This document shows positions 38,010 through 50,749 of a DNA stretch of 64,000 nt, in pieces. Source of the DNA: Malacoraja senta. Lineage: Eukaryota. The translations under genes were made by a program, and so were the position numbers. The notes under the pieces were generated by a model that was not told the origin of the DNA, made no database searches, and saw nothing but the letters and a program-made list of their open reading frames with translations. The stretch is taken from NCBI GenBank assembly GCA_038087875.1, contig CM075991.1, positions 2,232,001 to 2,296,000 of the forward strand, in the 5' to 3' direction. Within the stretch, counting starts at the first letter, position 1. Each line of letters opens with the position of its first letter.

Positions 38010-38880
38010 CTGTCCAGTCCTTTCAGATGAGGCTGGGGTTCACTTGGACCTCCTCCAACCCATTCTACTGTATCCGATGTTCTAGGTATGGGTTTCTATA
38101 TACCGGAGAGAACAAGCACAAACTGGGCAATCGTTCAGCTGAATGCCTTCACTCAGTCCATCTTGACCTACGCGATCTCCCGGTTGCCAAACACTATAAT
38201 TCCCTCTCCCATTCCCACACTAACCTTCCCGTCCTGGGCCTCCTCCACTGTCAGAGTGAGGCCACTCTCAAATTCGAGGAACAGCATCTCATATTATGCT
38301 TGGGCAGCTTACACCCCGGTATGAATATTGATCTCTCTAAGAATCCTGTCCCACTTTCACGACCTAGCTCACAAACATTTTTACTCGTGGACATTTTTCA
38401 TCATGCTAGAAAAACGCCCCGACGTACTTGATGCCACGAGTACCTACGACGAGCATCACGGCCTGCTACGACCTACCTACGACCTCCTACAACCTCGTGA
38501 CGACCATGCTGCGAGTATGAGTCAAGGGCAAACTCTGCAGAGGTCGTGAATTAGGCCGTGAAAGTGCGACAAGCCCTTAACTTTAAGTAAACCTTGCTTC
38601 TCTTCTCTCTCTGTTCCTCACCGAGCCTAGTTGTCGTACTAGTTTCACTGTCGTCCTGTTGAGTTTCACCGTCTCCACAGCCAACAATGGACCATTGTGG
38701 GCTCCACCCTGCCTTGATCACCATCGTTGGCTTTGATTTGTCCTTTTGCATACCTTTCATTCAATTGTTCTATGTTCCTCTTCATATCTCTCGTTTCCCT
38801 CTCCCCTTGACTCTCAGTCCGAAACGTCTCCTATTCCTTTTCTCCAGATATGCTGCCTGACCTGTTGAGTTGCCCCAACT
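38010..38880 (+). mobile_element. Penelope-like element 3' part, split by a MITE
   Basis: ORF 38027 FYCIRCSRYGFLYTGE...EEQHLILCLGSLHPGMNID; terminal repeat at ~38815-38880. Confidence 0.8.
38341..38577. mobile_element. PIF/Harbinger-like MITE
   Basis: taa|GAATCCTGTCCCACTTTCACG ... CGTGAAAGTGCGACAAGCCCT|taa; removal restores the Penelope sequence tctctaactttaag. Confidence 0.85.
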
Positions 38881-39015
38881 TTTAACCTTAAGGGTGGAGG
38901 CCGGCGCAATAGAAATATTTACGATGGAGATAGGTAAGTATTTGAAGGATCGAGGAATCGAAGGGGGCGGGGAGCTGGCTCAGAAGTGGAGCTGAGGCCA
39001 GCATAGATCAGCCAT

Positions 39016-39115
39016 AGAACAGGTCTGAAGAAGGGTCTCGACCCGAAACGTCACCAATTCCTTCGCTCCATAGATGCTGCCTCACCCGCTGAATTTCTCC
39101 AGCATTTATGTCTGC
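39016..39115 (+). mobile_element. Short Penelope terminal-repeat insertion with hammerhead motif
   Basis: catagatcagccat duplicated at 39002-39015 and 39116-39129; CTGAAGA..GAAACGTC core at 39025-39052. Confidence 0.8.
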
Positions 39116-40361
39116 CATAGATCAGCCATGACAGATGTGAATGGCGGGATAGGCTTGAGGGGCCGAGTGGCCTACTTCCTTGCGTTGTAACGCCTGTACA
39201 ACTACAGACTCAGCAAGATGTATCACATCTGCTACACACACGGGTGCTGCCTGATATTTTTTCCACCTCATGTAGAAACACACACTATGAAGAAAATCTC
39301 ATAGCGACCCTTATTTCCACCCAGAGAGGGGCCCTGGTAAAACATACATCCTGTCTCTTCCACAGAATAGGTCACTAAGAGGACGTGTGTAAATCAAAGA
39401 ATCTAGAGCATGTGCATGATAAAAGTATCCAGAAGAGTTACTAAATGCTGTGAAATGGGTCGGAATGCTCACTTGGTTGGCTGAGGGTCATTCAGGAGGA
39501 ATCTCATCATTTTGTCCCAGACTATTTTGGGGATATCCCCCTGAGACCGTTGACATGTGGACCATCATTTAATTTCTTCCCAAATCAAACTGGTCACAAC
39601 TGGACTCAGAAAATTCGACTGGGGCCTCGAGAACAGATCATTTTGTTTCTTAAAGCAGATTTTCCAATCTGTTGATGGACTCAAACAGCTGGAGAAACTC
39701 GGCAGGACAGGCAGCATCTCTGGATAAAAGGAATGGGTGGCGTTTCGGTTTAACCCTTCTTCAGGGCCGACCAGTCTGACTGTCCTCCTGATTAAATTTT
39801 ATCTTTGTTAGCTTTGTTGTCACCTTCCCCCAAGCTAACAATGATCTATTTTACATATTCATTAATCTCAGTCCCCTTTAATCTCTCGTTTTGACACCTT
39901 ACCCTTCCATATCTCTGTGTCTCCCTCTCCACTGACTCTCAGTCTGTAGAAGGGTCTCGACCTGAAACGTTACCCATTCAGCATTTACAGCGCCAGAAAC
40001 CCGGGTACGATCCTGACTACGGGTGCTGTAGTGTTTGAGTTTGTACCTTCTCCCTGTGACCTGCGTGGGTTTTCTCCAAGATCTTCGGTTTCCTCCCACA
40101 CTCCAAAGAAATACAGGTTTGTAGGTTAATTAGCTTGGTATAAATGTAAATTGTCCCTAGTGTGTGTAGGGTTGTGTTAGTGTACGGGGATTGCTGTTCG
40201 ATGTGCACTCGGTGGGCTGAAGGGCCTATTTCTGCGCTGCATCTCTAAACTAAACTTAACTGAACTAAACTAACCCACTTCCTCAGCCACTCCCTACACA
40301 TGTGGGACAATTTACAGAGGGCCAATTAACCTATACCAGTCTATACTCGTGACTGCGAGTT

Positions 40362-41292
40362 AACCAGTCTATACACATGACTGCGTAGCCGGACATAGTG
40401 CGAACTCCATCATCAAGTTCGCTGATGACACCACTGTTGTGGGACGTATCACTGATGGGGATGAGTCAGAGTATAGAAGAGAGATCGAGCAACTGTCCAT
40501 ATGGTGCCAGCACAACAACCTGGCCCTCAACACCAGCAAAACCAAGGAACTGATTGTGGACTTTGGAAGGAGTAGGATGGGGACCCACAGTCCCGTTTAT
40601 ATCAACGGGTCGATGGTTGAAAGGGTCAAGAGCTTCAAATTCCTGGGCGTGCACATCTCTGAAGATCTTTCCTGGTCCGAGAACAATTATGCCATTATTA
40701 AGAAAGCACATCAGTGCCTCTACTTCCTGAGAAGATTACGGAGAGTCGGTTTGTCAAGGAGGACTCTCTCTAACTTCTACAGGTGCACAGTAGAGAGCAT
40801 GCTGACCGGTTGCATCGTGGCTTGGTTCAGCAACTTGAGCGCCCTGGAGAGGAAAAGATTACAAAAAGTAGTAAACACTGCCCAGTCCATCATCGGCTCT
40901 GACCTCCCTTCCATCGAGGGGATCTACCACAGTCGCTGCCTCAAAAAGGCTGGCAGCATCATCAAGGACCCACACCATCCTGGCCACACACTCATCTCCC
41001 TACTACCTTCAGGTAGAAGGTACAGGAGCCTGAAGACTGCAACGACCAGGTTCAGGAATAGCTACTTCCCCACAGCCATCAGGCTATTAAACCTGGCTCG
41101 GACATAACACTGAACTTTACTAGCCAATACTGTTATTTGCACTTTATCAGTATATTGACCATTGTGTATATATTTATAGAATGCCTTGTAGTAAATGCCT
41201 ACTATGTTCTGTTGTGCTCAAGCAAAGCAAGAATTTCATTGTCCTACCAGGGACACATGACAAAAAACTCACTTGACTTGACTTGACTTGAC
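40362..41292 (+). mobile_element. Rex1/Babar LINE 3' part
   Basis: IIKFADDTTVVG; ORF 40439-41107 LNTSKTKELIVDF...LLPSGRRYRSL; (cttga)n tail. Confidence 0.9.
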
Positions 41293-41991
41293 CTACAAAT
41301 CCACACGTTTTGGGGATGTCGGAGGAAACCAGAGCACCCGGAGGAAACCCACGCGGTCACAGGGAGAACGTGCAAACTCCACACAGACCAAGGTCAGGAT
41401 GGAAACTGGGCCGCTGGTGCTGTGAGGCAGTGGCTCTACCAGCTGCGCCACCGTGCACCACTGAGCTATTGCATGGTGCGTCAGGTCTGTGGTTCTGTGC
41501 CCGCTGAAGTTCTTCACTGATCTAATCTCTACCTTGGATAGTTGAGTAAAAAGAATACTGTGTTTAATGAATGCACAAAGGAGCCACGTATAATGCCATG
41601 TGTGGAAAGGCCAGTGGTCGGGTGTGGATATGTTGTTGTCACGTGTACCGAGGTGCAGTGAAGATCTTTGTTTTGCATGCTTTCCAATCACATCAGATAA
41701 CACTGACATTAATACAATCACGTCAAACTCAAGCACAATAGGTAGAACAAAGGGGAAGCTACAGAGTGTAGAGTCTGGATCTCAGCATCGTAGCACACCA
41801 GTTCCAGGGACAAAGCCCAAAGTCCACAATGGGGTAGAGATGAATCAGACAGTACCCCAGCTTATGGAAGCCTGATAACAGAGGGGATGAAGCTGTTCCT
41901 AAGTCTGGTGGTGCGGGCTTTCAAGCTTCAGTTATCTTCTGCCTGGTGGGATCGGGGAGAAGAAGGAATGACCAATGTGGGACAAGTATTT

Positions 41992-42785
41992 AGTGCCTCA
42001 GAGACCATTCCCTCCGCAACTCCCTGGTCAACTCGTCCCTTCCCGCCAAAACCACCCCCTCCCCAGGTACTTTCCCCTGCAACCGCAGGAGATGCAACAC
42101 CTGTCCCTATACCTCCCCCCTCGACTCCGTCCAAGGACCCCGACAGTCTTTCCAGGTGAGGCAGAGGTTCACTTGCACCTCCTCCAACCTCATCTACTGT
42201 ATCCGCTGTTCCAGGTGTGGAGTCCTATATATTGGCGAGATCAAGCGCAGGATCGGCGATCGTTTCACTGAACACCTCCGCTCAGTCCGCCGAAACCTTC
42301 CTGATCTCCAAGTTGTTAAACACTTTAACTCCCCCTCCCATTCCCACACTGACCTTTTTGTCCTGGGCCTCCTCCATTGTCAGAGTGAGGCCCAACGCAA
42401 ATTGGAAGAACAGCATCTCATATTTTGTTTGGGCAGCTTACACCCCAGCAGCATGAACATTGACTTCTCTAACTTGTAGCTGTAACCCTTGCTTTCCCTC
42501 TCTCTCCATCCCTCCCCCGCCCAGTTCTCTGACCAGTCTCACTATCTCCGCCTTCATTTTATCTCTGTTTGCTTTGTTGTTACCTTCTCCCAGCTAACAA
42601 TGATCTATTCTACACTCTCCTTGATCTCCTTTCCCTTTGTCCTATTTTCACACCTCACACTTCCTTTTCTATGTATTTCCCTCTCCACTGACATCAGTCT
42701 GAAGAAGGGCCTCGACCCGAAACGTCACCCATTTCTTCTCTCCAGAGATGCTGCCCGTCCCAGCATTTTGTGTCTATCTTCAATG
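41992..42785 (+). mobile_element. Penelope-like element 3' part: GIY-YIG plus terminal repeat
   Basis: ORF 42156-42479 LIYCIRCSRCGVLYIGE..RRIGDRFTEH; hammerhead core at 42699-42726. Confidence 0.9.
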
Positions 42786-44213
42786 AAGTTGGCTGCTTTC
42801 CCGAGGCAGCGTGAAGTGTGGATGGAGTCAATGGTGGGGAGCCTGGTCTGTGTGGTGGACTGGGCTACCTCCACAACTCACTGCTATTTCTTGTGGTCTT
42901 GGGCAGAGCTGTCCATCCTTTTGTCTCTTGTTCTGTACTATGTTTACATATTCTGTTGTGCTGCAGCAAGCAAGAATTTCATTGTCCTATCTGGGACACA
43001 TGACAATAAAACTCTCTTGACTTGACTAAACCAAAATGCGATGCAAGCCGACAGTATGTTTTCTACGGTGCTTCTGTAATGCAATGAGTATAGGTGGCCC
43101 GTCTGTAATCACTGCATGCAGGGCCGTGACTGTAGACTGTGTGTGCTCTCTGATTCGCTATACTTTCTCTCTTCAGCAGTTCCCCATGTCAATGAGTTCG
43201 AGTGCCCCACCACTAACGGAGGTCAGCCGGTTTAAACCTATTAGAGTGCACTCAATTAAACGTCAACTATCTGGTGAGAGCTAAATAAAAGCTCACTTGT
43301 TGATACAAGCCTGCCGCACCAGGGCAGAGTCAGCGTGGTCCTTTCCGGCACGTCTTATCTGTTTCCCAGATGCAAAGTGGAGTGGAGCATGTGAATAGGT
43401 CCCTATCCTGCACGGCACATACACTCTGGAAAGCTTATAGATGACCTACTGCTTGTAAACACTTCAGCCCAACATCTAAAATATCAGGACATTGTCCAGA
43501 CAATATCGCCAAGAACACATGCTGTTCACTGACTTTCCAGTGAACTTCTCCTGATTCTTAAAATACCCACCAAAGACAATTGCAGAAATGAATCGATTTT
43601 TCCCCCCAGCTTTGTTGAGTCTGTTAGATTCCATCCATTTTCACGGTTGTCCCCGGTTGCTCCAATGTTTTTTTCTGTTCTTTCATCGGCTTTTGTCCCT
43701 TGTTTTCACTTTATTTTGAGAACTTGCACCGTGGTGCAAGGGTGGCCCAGCGCCAGAGTACGCGGGTTCGATCCTGGGCTCGGGTGCTGTCACTGCCGAG
43801 TCTGCACGCTCTCCCTGTGACCACATGGGGTTTCTCCTGGGTGCTCCGGTTTCCTCTCACGTCCCAGACGTGCGGGTTTGTAGGGAATTGTCCCTCTGTA
43901 AATTGCCCCTCGTGTGTAGGGAGTGGATGAGAAAGTGGGATAACATAGAACTAGTGTGAATGGGTAATCGGTGGTCGACGTGGACTCGATGGGCCGAAGG
44001 GCCTGTTTCCATGATAATCTTTCAATCGATCAAAAATAACTGCCACCACACCTCAGTCCAAGCCCATGCAAACCTCCTGGCTCTGATAACAACAAACCAG
44101 TTTCTCCTCATTATTAAAGACTCCATCTCAGGCACCATCTTCCTGAATCTCCTCTGCATCCTCTCCTGTACAAACACAGCTTCCTACCATGCAGGTGGGC
44201 GATTTAACGATGG

Positions 44214-44450
44214 CAGCGGTTCCCAACCTTTTTCATCCCGTTTACCCCTGGCAACTTTAACAGCACATAACAATGTTAGTTCACTTATTGATGAACAACT
44301 AATGATGAACAAATACCGGTATACCAGAACCTAACACAGTCAGTCAATGAGAAAAAATATGTACAAATCCAGAATCAACAAATTTACCCCCTGGGTAGGT
44401 GAAATGTACCCTCTGGGTGGGGTAAATTTACCCCAGGTTGGGAACCCTTG
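44214..44450. mobile_element. hAT (Charlie-like) MITE
   Basis: TIR CAGCGGTTCCCAACC/GGTTGGGAACCCTTG; degenerate 8-bp TSD aacgatgg/agctatgg; repeated TTTACCCC. Confidence 0.75.
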
Positions 44451-44464
44451 AGCTATGGCTAGAG

Positions 44465-45212
44465 TGAGTGATACAGCCTGGAAACAGGCCATTCAGCCCA
44501 ACTTGCCCATACCGGCCAACATGTCCCAGCTACACTAGTCCCACCTGCCTGCGTTTGGCCCATATCCTTCCAATCCTATCCTGTCCATGTACCTGTCTGT
44601 TTCTTAAACGCTGGGATAGTGCCAGCCTCAACTACCTCCTCTGGCAGCTTGTTCCATACACCCACTACCCTTTGTGTGAAAAAGTTACCCCTCAGATTCC
44701 CAATAAATCTTTTCACCTTCACCTTAAACAGATGTCGTCTGGTCCTCGATTCCCCTACTCTGGGCAAGAGACTTTGCATCTACCCGATCTATTCCTCTCA
44801 TGATTTTATACACCTCCATAAGATCACCCCTCATCCTCCTTCTCTCCAAGGAATACAGTCATAAGATCATAAGATCATAAGTGATAGGAGTAGAATTAGG
44901 CCATTTGGCCCATCGTCTGCTTTGCCATGGCTGATCTATCACGCCCTCCTTATCCATTCTCCTGCCTTCTCCCCATAACCTCTGACAGCTGCACTAATCA
45001 GGAATCTATTTATCTCTGCCTTAAATATATCCACTGATGGCCTCCAGAGCCTTCTGTGGCAAAGAATTCGACAGATTCACCACTCTCTGACTAAAGAAAT
45101 TTCTCCTCATCTCCTTCCTGAAAGAACGTCCTTTAATTCTGAGGCTGTGCCCTCCAGTCCTAGACTCTCCCACTAGTGGAAACATCCTCTCCACATCCAC
45201 TCTATCCAAGCC
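44465..45212 (-). mobile_element. Two adjacent CR1/HER1 3' fragments
   Basis: ORFs 44576-44779 and 45021-45209. Confidence 0.85.
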
Positions 45213-45543
45213 CAGGCAGTCCCAGCATACTGACAGGTTATTTACATTACATCAGTAATTATAGACACACAGCAGCAGTGTGACTGACTCTCTAGTTTCC
45301 AACAGGTCCCCTACACATGACTGCAGGTCCCCAGCACAGGGGTTGTTTCTAACTGCCCAGCAAAGCTCTGTTCAAGGGATGATTCAAGATGTCTTCTGTA
45401 AATTGCCCCTGGTGTATGGAGAGTGGGTGGTAAAGCGGGATAATCTAGAATGAGAGATCGATGGTCGGTGTGGACCCGGTGGGCCGAAGGGCCTGTTGCC
45501 ATGCTATATCTCTGAACCCTGAACTTATTCCACAAGACAGCTT

Positions 45544-45862
45544 GTGGCGCAGCGCTAGAGTTGCTGCCTTACAGCGCTTGCAGCACTGGAGACCCGGGTT
45601 CGATCCCGACTATGGGTGCAGTCTGCACGGAGTTTCTACGTTCTCCACGTGACCGCGTGGGTTTCCTCCGAGATCTTTGGCTTCATCCCACACTCCAAAA
45701 GACGCACAGGTTTGTGGGTTAATTGTCTCAGTATAAGTGTAAATTGTCCCTAGTGTGTGTAGGATAGTGTTAATGTGCGGGGATCGCTAGTGGGCGCGGA
45801 CATGGTGGGCCGTAAGGCCTGTTTCCGCGCTGTATCTCTGAACTATGAACTTTAAACTAAAC
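45544..45862 (+). mobile_element. HE1-type SINE
   Basis: Head, core and (ctaaa)-like tail. Confidence 0.85.
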
Positions 45863-46681
45863 TATGCTCGTGTGTGTCCCAGAGCCGATGGGATCCAAGG
45901 CAACTGTTTGGCAGAAGACTCACAGGGGGATCTGAGTGTAGTTTATTTCCAGTTGTGATTCACCCTGGGAAAAATAAACATGCAAAGGGGAAATGAGAAA
46001 CATAATTGCTGGCTTTCAACTATCATTTTAGCCATTCGTTGTTCCATGTCGGTACATGTGACGTTAAAACACTCTTGACACTTGACACAAAGCTTTAAGA
46101 ACAACTTGTATTTTAAGATACATAGATAGATAGATAGAAACTTTATTTGCCACACGACCAGGGTTGGTGGTAATTGGGTTCGGTACATGATGGTACACTG
46201 CTTTAGCACATTAACACTAATAACAACACAGATCATAATAATAAAGCACATCACAAATCACAAATCTCACCAACAATACACAGTGCAAAAGAACAGACAA
46301 AAATCATAGACAAGACACTGTATACATCAAAGTCAAAAAGTTATTGGAGGGAATTAAGTGTTCTTATTGCTGAGGGGAAGAAACTGTTTTTAAAACGGGT
46401 GGATTTTGTAGCAAGTGCACTACAAATGCAGCAAGAAGTTTCACTGAGGCATTGTAAGCAAATGGGATCCCATTCCCATTCCCAGACTGACTGTTCTGTC
46501 CTCCATTGTCAGCATGAGGCCACATGCAAACTGGAGGAACACCACCTCATATTCTGCTTGGGTAGCTAACAACCTAACGGTACGAACATTGAAGATAGAC
46601 ACAAAATGCTGGAGTATCTCAGCGGGTCAGGCAGCATCTCTGAAGAGAAGGTATGGGTGACGATTCGGGTTGGGACATACG

Positions 46682-46936
<255 letters not shown>

Positions 46937-47275
46937 TTCAGTTAGATACTGAACTTTGTTTTATTTTTAATCATTATGTTTTACAGAGTACTATGTTTAA
47001 ATAACTGTTGCACTGCTGCAAGTAAAACATTTATTTGGACGCTCTTGATCCCTTGGTACAGGTTAATGCCAAAAATAATGAAGGGGGACTTGTTGGACTT
47101 CTAAGAGAGAATACAGTGGAGAGGAAAAGGACATGGTAATGGCACTGTGACATTGCTCCCTGGTAGCGGGCCACAATGTGCACAATGGGCCAAATGCCTT
47201 CTCTCTGTGCCAGTATGCGATATGATATAACATTTCAATGGAGGAGCGGGAGCAATGAAGCATTTCACTGGAACA

Positions 47276-47949
47276 TCTCTATAAAAACTAAAAGTCTTCG
47301 TCTTGTTTGTGTCTGTGTGTGTGTGTGTGCGTGTGCGTGTGTGTCAATTTGGTTAATTCCTATTTTCTTCCAAACGCTAGGCCACAGCCTTCCCATTTTC
47401 ACCCATTCTACTCACATTTTCCTCCTGGTGGCGATAAACATCTTCCCGTCGCATTTCCACCTATATTTCCAAAGTTATTCATTATAAAAAATAATTAAAA
47501 AGGCAAAAGCTGCCTTCTCACAGTGATGATGTCACAATGCCTCTCACAGAGCACCAATAATGCTGGGCTCTCAAGCTGGCTGCCAACTGCCACAATGACA
47601 TCACAATGGGACGTTGCCAATGGTAACGAGGTTGCTGCCCCTCTACCAATATCTGAAGGTGCTGCTCATCAAATTCTGGTTGCATTTTGGTCCCACGATC
47701 CTTGTGTTTGGGCACAAGGCAGGGAGTGGGGAGGGCCGATCGGGGGGGTACTCTCATCGCAACCCCATCACAACCCCCATCCCCCCCATCCGCCCCCACC
47801 CCCCGCCAAATCCCTCGTACACATCCCCCCTGAGCGCTCCCCTGCCCCCACGCTCCGCCCCGCACCCCCCCTTCCCCCCGGGATGAATGCCGACGCCGCC
47901 CCCCCGCCCACGTTGCAGGGCGGGGCCCAATGGGTCCCACTTGGTCTAG
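47276..47949 (+). mobile_element. Non-autonomous Helitron
   Basis: a|TC 5' end; 3' GC hairpin GGGGCCC-aat-GGGTCCC 11 nt before the end; CTAG|t; no TSD; internal (TG)n. Confidence 0.8.
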
Positions 47950-49124
47950 TACTATTTAAAATTCTTTCAGGGAGCAAATAACTTGCATTTATGAGGCTGT
48001 TAGATAGGCCCATGGGTATGCGGGGAATGGAGGAATATGGATCACACACAGGCAGAGATTAGTTTAACTTGGCATCATGTTCGGCATGGACACTGTGGGC
48101 TGAAGGGCCTGTTCCTGTGTTGTACTATTCTGTGTTCTTGCTGGAAAATCTATGTAGATTAAGTGCAGGAGAGAACAAATGTCGTTTGATGCCCTCTAAG
48201 AGAAAATAATGCTCACATTCGTAAGTTCATAAGACAGAGAAGCAGAATTAGGCCATTCAGCCCATTGAGTCCACTCCGCCATTCGATCATGGCCGATTTA
48301 TTTTCGCCTCTCATCCCCATTCTCCTGCCTTCTCCCTGTAACCTTTGACACTTTTACTTGTCAATCTCTGTTTTAAAAATACCCAAAGGCTGAGTTTGAA
48401 CTTTTTCCCCGTGACCTGCGTGGGTTTTCTCCGGGAGCTCCAGTTTCCTACCACGCACCAAACACATACGGGTTTGTAGGCTAATTGGCTTGGTAAAATT
48501 GTAAATTGTCTCTAGTGTGTGTAGGATAGAGTTAGAGTGCGGGGATCGCTGTTTGGCATGGTATCGCGGTCCGCGCTGTATCTCTAAACTAAACTAAACT
48601 TGGCTACCACAGCCGTCTGTGGCAATTAATTCCACAGATTCACCACGTTAAGGAAAGTATAAGAGGCCTGGCGATGTTGAACTGCTGCCGTGGTTCTGAA
48701 AGAGTTAAATCACAGGCAGCTCAGAGTGCGTTCACACGATCTTACTCTCTGACAAATCTCCACGTGCTTCCCCACACATGAACACAAACATTCCACTGCC
48801 TAAACCTTCCTCTGGGGACACTGGCAGTTCATGTGACAGGATGAGGGCTGTCTAAAGTGGCCAAGGTCCCATTTCGGAGCTTGTCAGCTTGTTCAGTACA
48901 CAGCAGCAACACCTTTGTTATGAGTTCTGCCTTTCCACTGCACTCAGTGTGATCTACAGTGCAAGGCAGATGCATTCTGAAGTGAACTCAGAACTGCAGA
49001 TGCCGGTTTACAAAAAAAAAAGACACAAAGTGCTGGAGTAACTCAGCAGGTCCGGCAGCATCTCTAGAGAAAAAGGTTGGATGATGTTTGGATTGGGCCT
49101 GAATAAAAAGGAGAATAGTACAAA

Positions 49125-49411
49125 GTTTAGAATAAGGGGTAAGCCATTTAGAACGGAGACGAGGAAACACTTTTTCTCACAGATAGTTGTGAGTCTGTGG
49201 AATTCTCTGCCTCAGAGGGCGGTCGAGGCCGGTTCTCCGGATACTTCCAAGAGAGAGCTAGATAGGGCTCTTAAAGATAGTGGAGTTAGGGGATATGGGG
49301 AGAAGGCAGGGACGGGGTTCTGATTGGGGATGATCAGCCATGATCACATTGAATGGCAGTGCTGGCTCGAAAGGCCGAATGGCCTACTCCTGCACCTATT
49401 GTCTATTGTCT
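49125..49411 (+). mobile_element. CR1 3' fragment
   Basis: RIRGKPFRTETRKHFFSQ..GYGEKAGTG; (ctattgt)n tail. Confidence 0.85.
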
Positions 49412-49639
49412 AAAGTTCTAGGGTAAGATTTCAAGATTTTAGTACTATACCACGGATGTCAATAGTTGAAAGGTCAAAGAGCACAAGTCATGGCCACAAG
49501 GTCATAGTGCGTTGTATAAATGGGAGCTTGGAGCTCACAAGAGTGTGGAGGAACTTGAACTTGGCATCATATTGAAGATCATCGATAACAGTGTAATGGG
49601 CCAATCCTCCTCAGCTGCAGATGAGGTTACAGAGGACTA

Positions 49640-50288
49640 GAATTGAATTGAATTTATTTATTTGTCATTCAAAAACAAGTTTGAACGAAATTTGGTTACC
49701 ATGCAGTCATAACAGTAAAACAGCAACAAAACACACAATTAACATAATTTAACGTAAACATCCATCACAGTGACTCTCCTCCGACACAATGGAAGGTAAA
49801 AAAAGTCTTATCTCTTCCTTGCATCTTCTCCCGCGGTCAGGGAGTCAAACTGCTGTGTCGAGGCGAACGAGGCTCCCGATGTTGAAGCCTCCGCCAGGCG
49901 ATGGAAGATCCCGCGGCTGATTTTAAGCCCCCGCCGGGCGATGAAAGGCCCTGCAAACGGGCCGATACAAGCCTTACGATTCGGGGGGGACGAAGCTGCT
50001 GTTGCTGGAGCTCCCGAAAATCGGTCGCCAACTAGGGACCTGCGAGCTCCCGATGTTACAGTCTACAGGGCCAGCGGTCGAAGCCTCCGAAGTCAAGTCG
50101 CAGCCGCAATCGCAGCTCCACCACAGCCTCCGAAAGTCAGCCTGCTCCGTGACGGTACGTCTGTGACCAGAGACCTCAAGGTCGATTCCAGTTGGGGGCC
50201 GCCAGCTCCTCCATGTTAGGTCGCAGCGCGAACGGAGATACGTCACGGAAAAAGGTCGCATCTTCGTTGAAGGAAGAGATTAAAAAAA
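49640..50288 (-). mobile_element. Non-coding retroelement related to 17504-18427
   Basis: Shared blocks tttatttgtcattc, gaacgaaattt, gcagtcata, aacaaaacacacaat, gtcgcat..gaaggaagaga. Confidence 0.6.
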
Positions 50289-50749
50289 GAGGAGGCAATG
50301 TTGTGTTGGAAGGAACTGCAGATACTGGTTTTAACCGACGATAGACACAAAAAGCTGGAGTAACTCCGCGAGACAGGCAGCATCTCTGGAGAGAAGGAAT
50401 AGGTGAAATTTCGGGTCAAGACCCTTCTTCAGACTCGGATCCAAAATGTCACCTATTCCTTTTCTCCAGAGATGCTGCCTGACCTGCTGAGTTGCTCCAG
50501 CTTTTTGTGTCTATCTTCAGCCAATGTTGTTTGACTGTTTAAGAAGGACAGATGTGGCAAACTAGAAAAGTTATAGGACATTGAGCTTTACATCAGCTGC
50601 AATAATATTAGTGGAGAAGATTCTTTGGGATGGGATCTACACATGTCTGCAAAACCATGCAAGTGTTTAGGGACAGCCAACATGTCTTTGTGCAGTGGAA
50701 GTCATGTCTTACAACATTAATATGTTTCTTGAGGAGGTTACAATAGTGA

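Noticed and set aside
42156..42479. GIY-YIG ORF as a stand-alone homing or repair nuclease gene
   Set aside because: Multiple decayed copies, each linked to the Penelope terminal repeat
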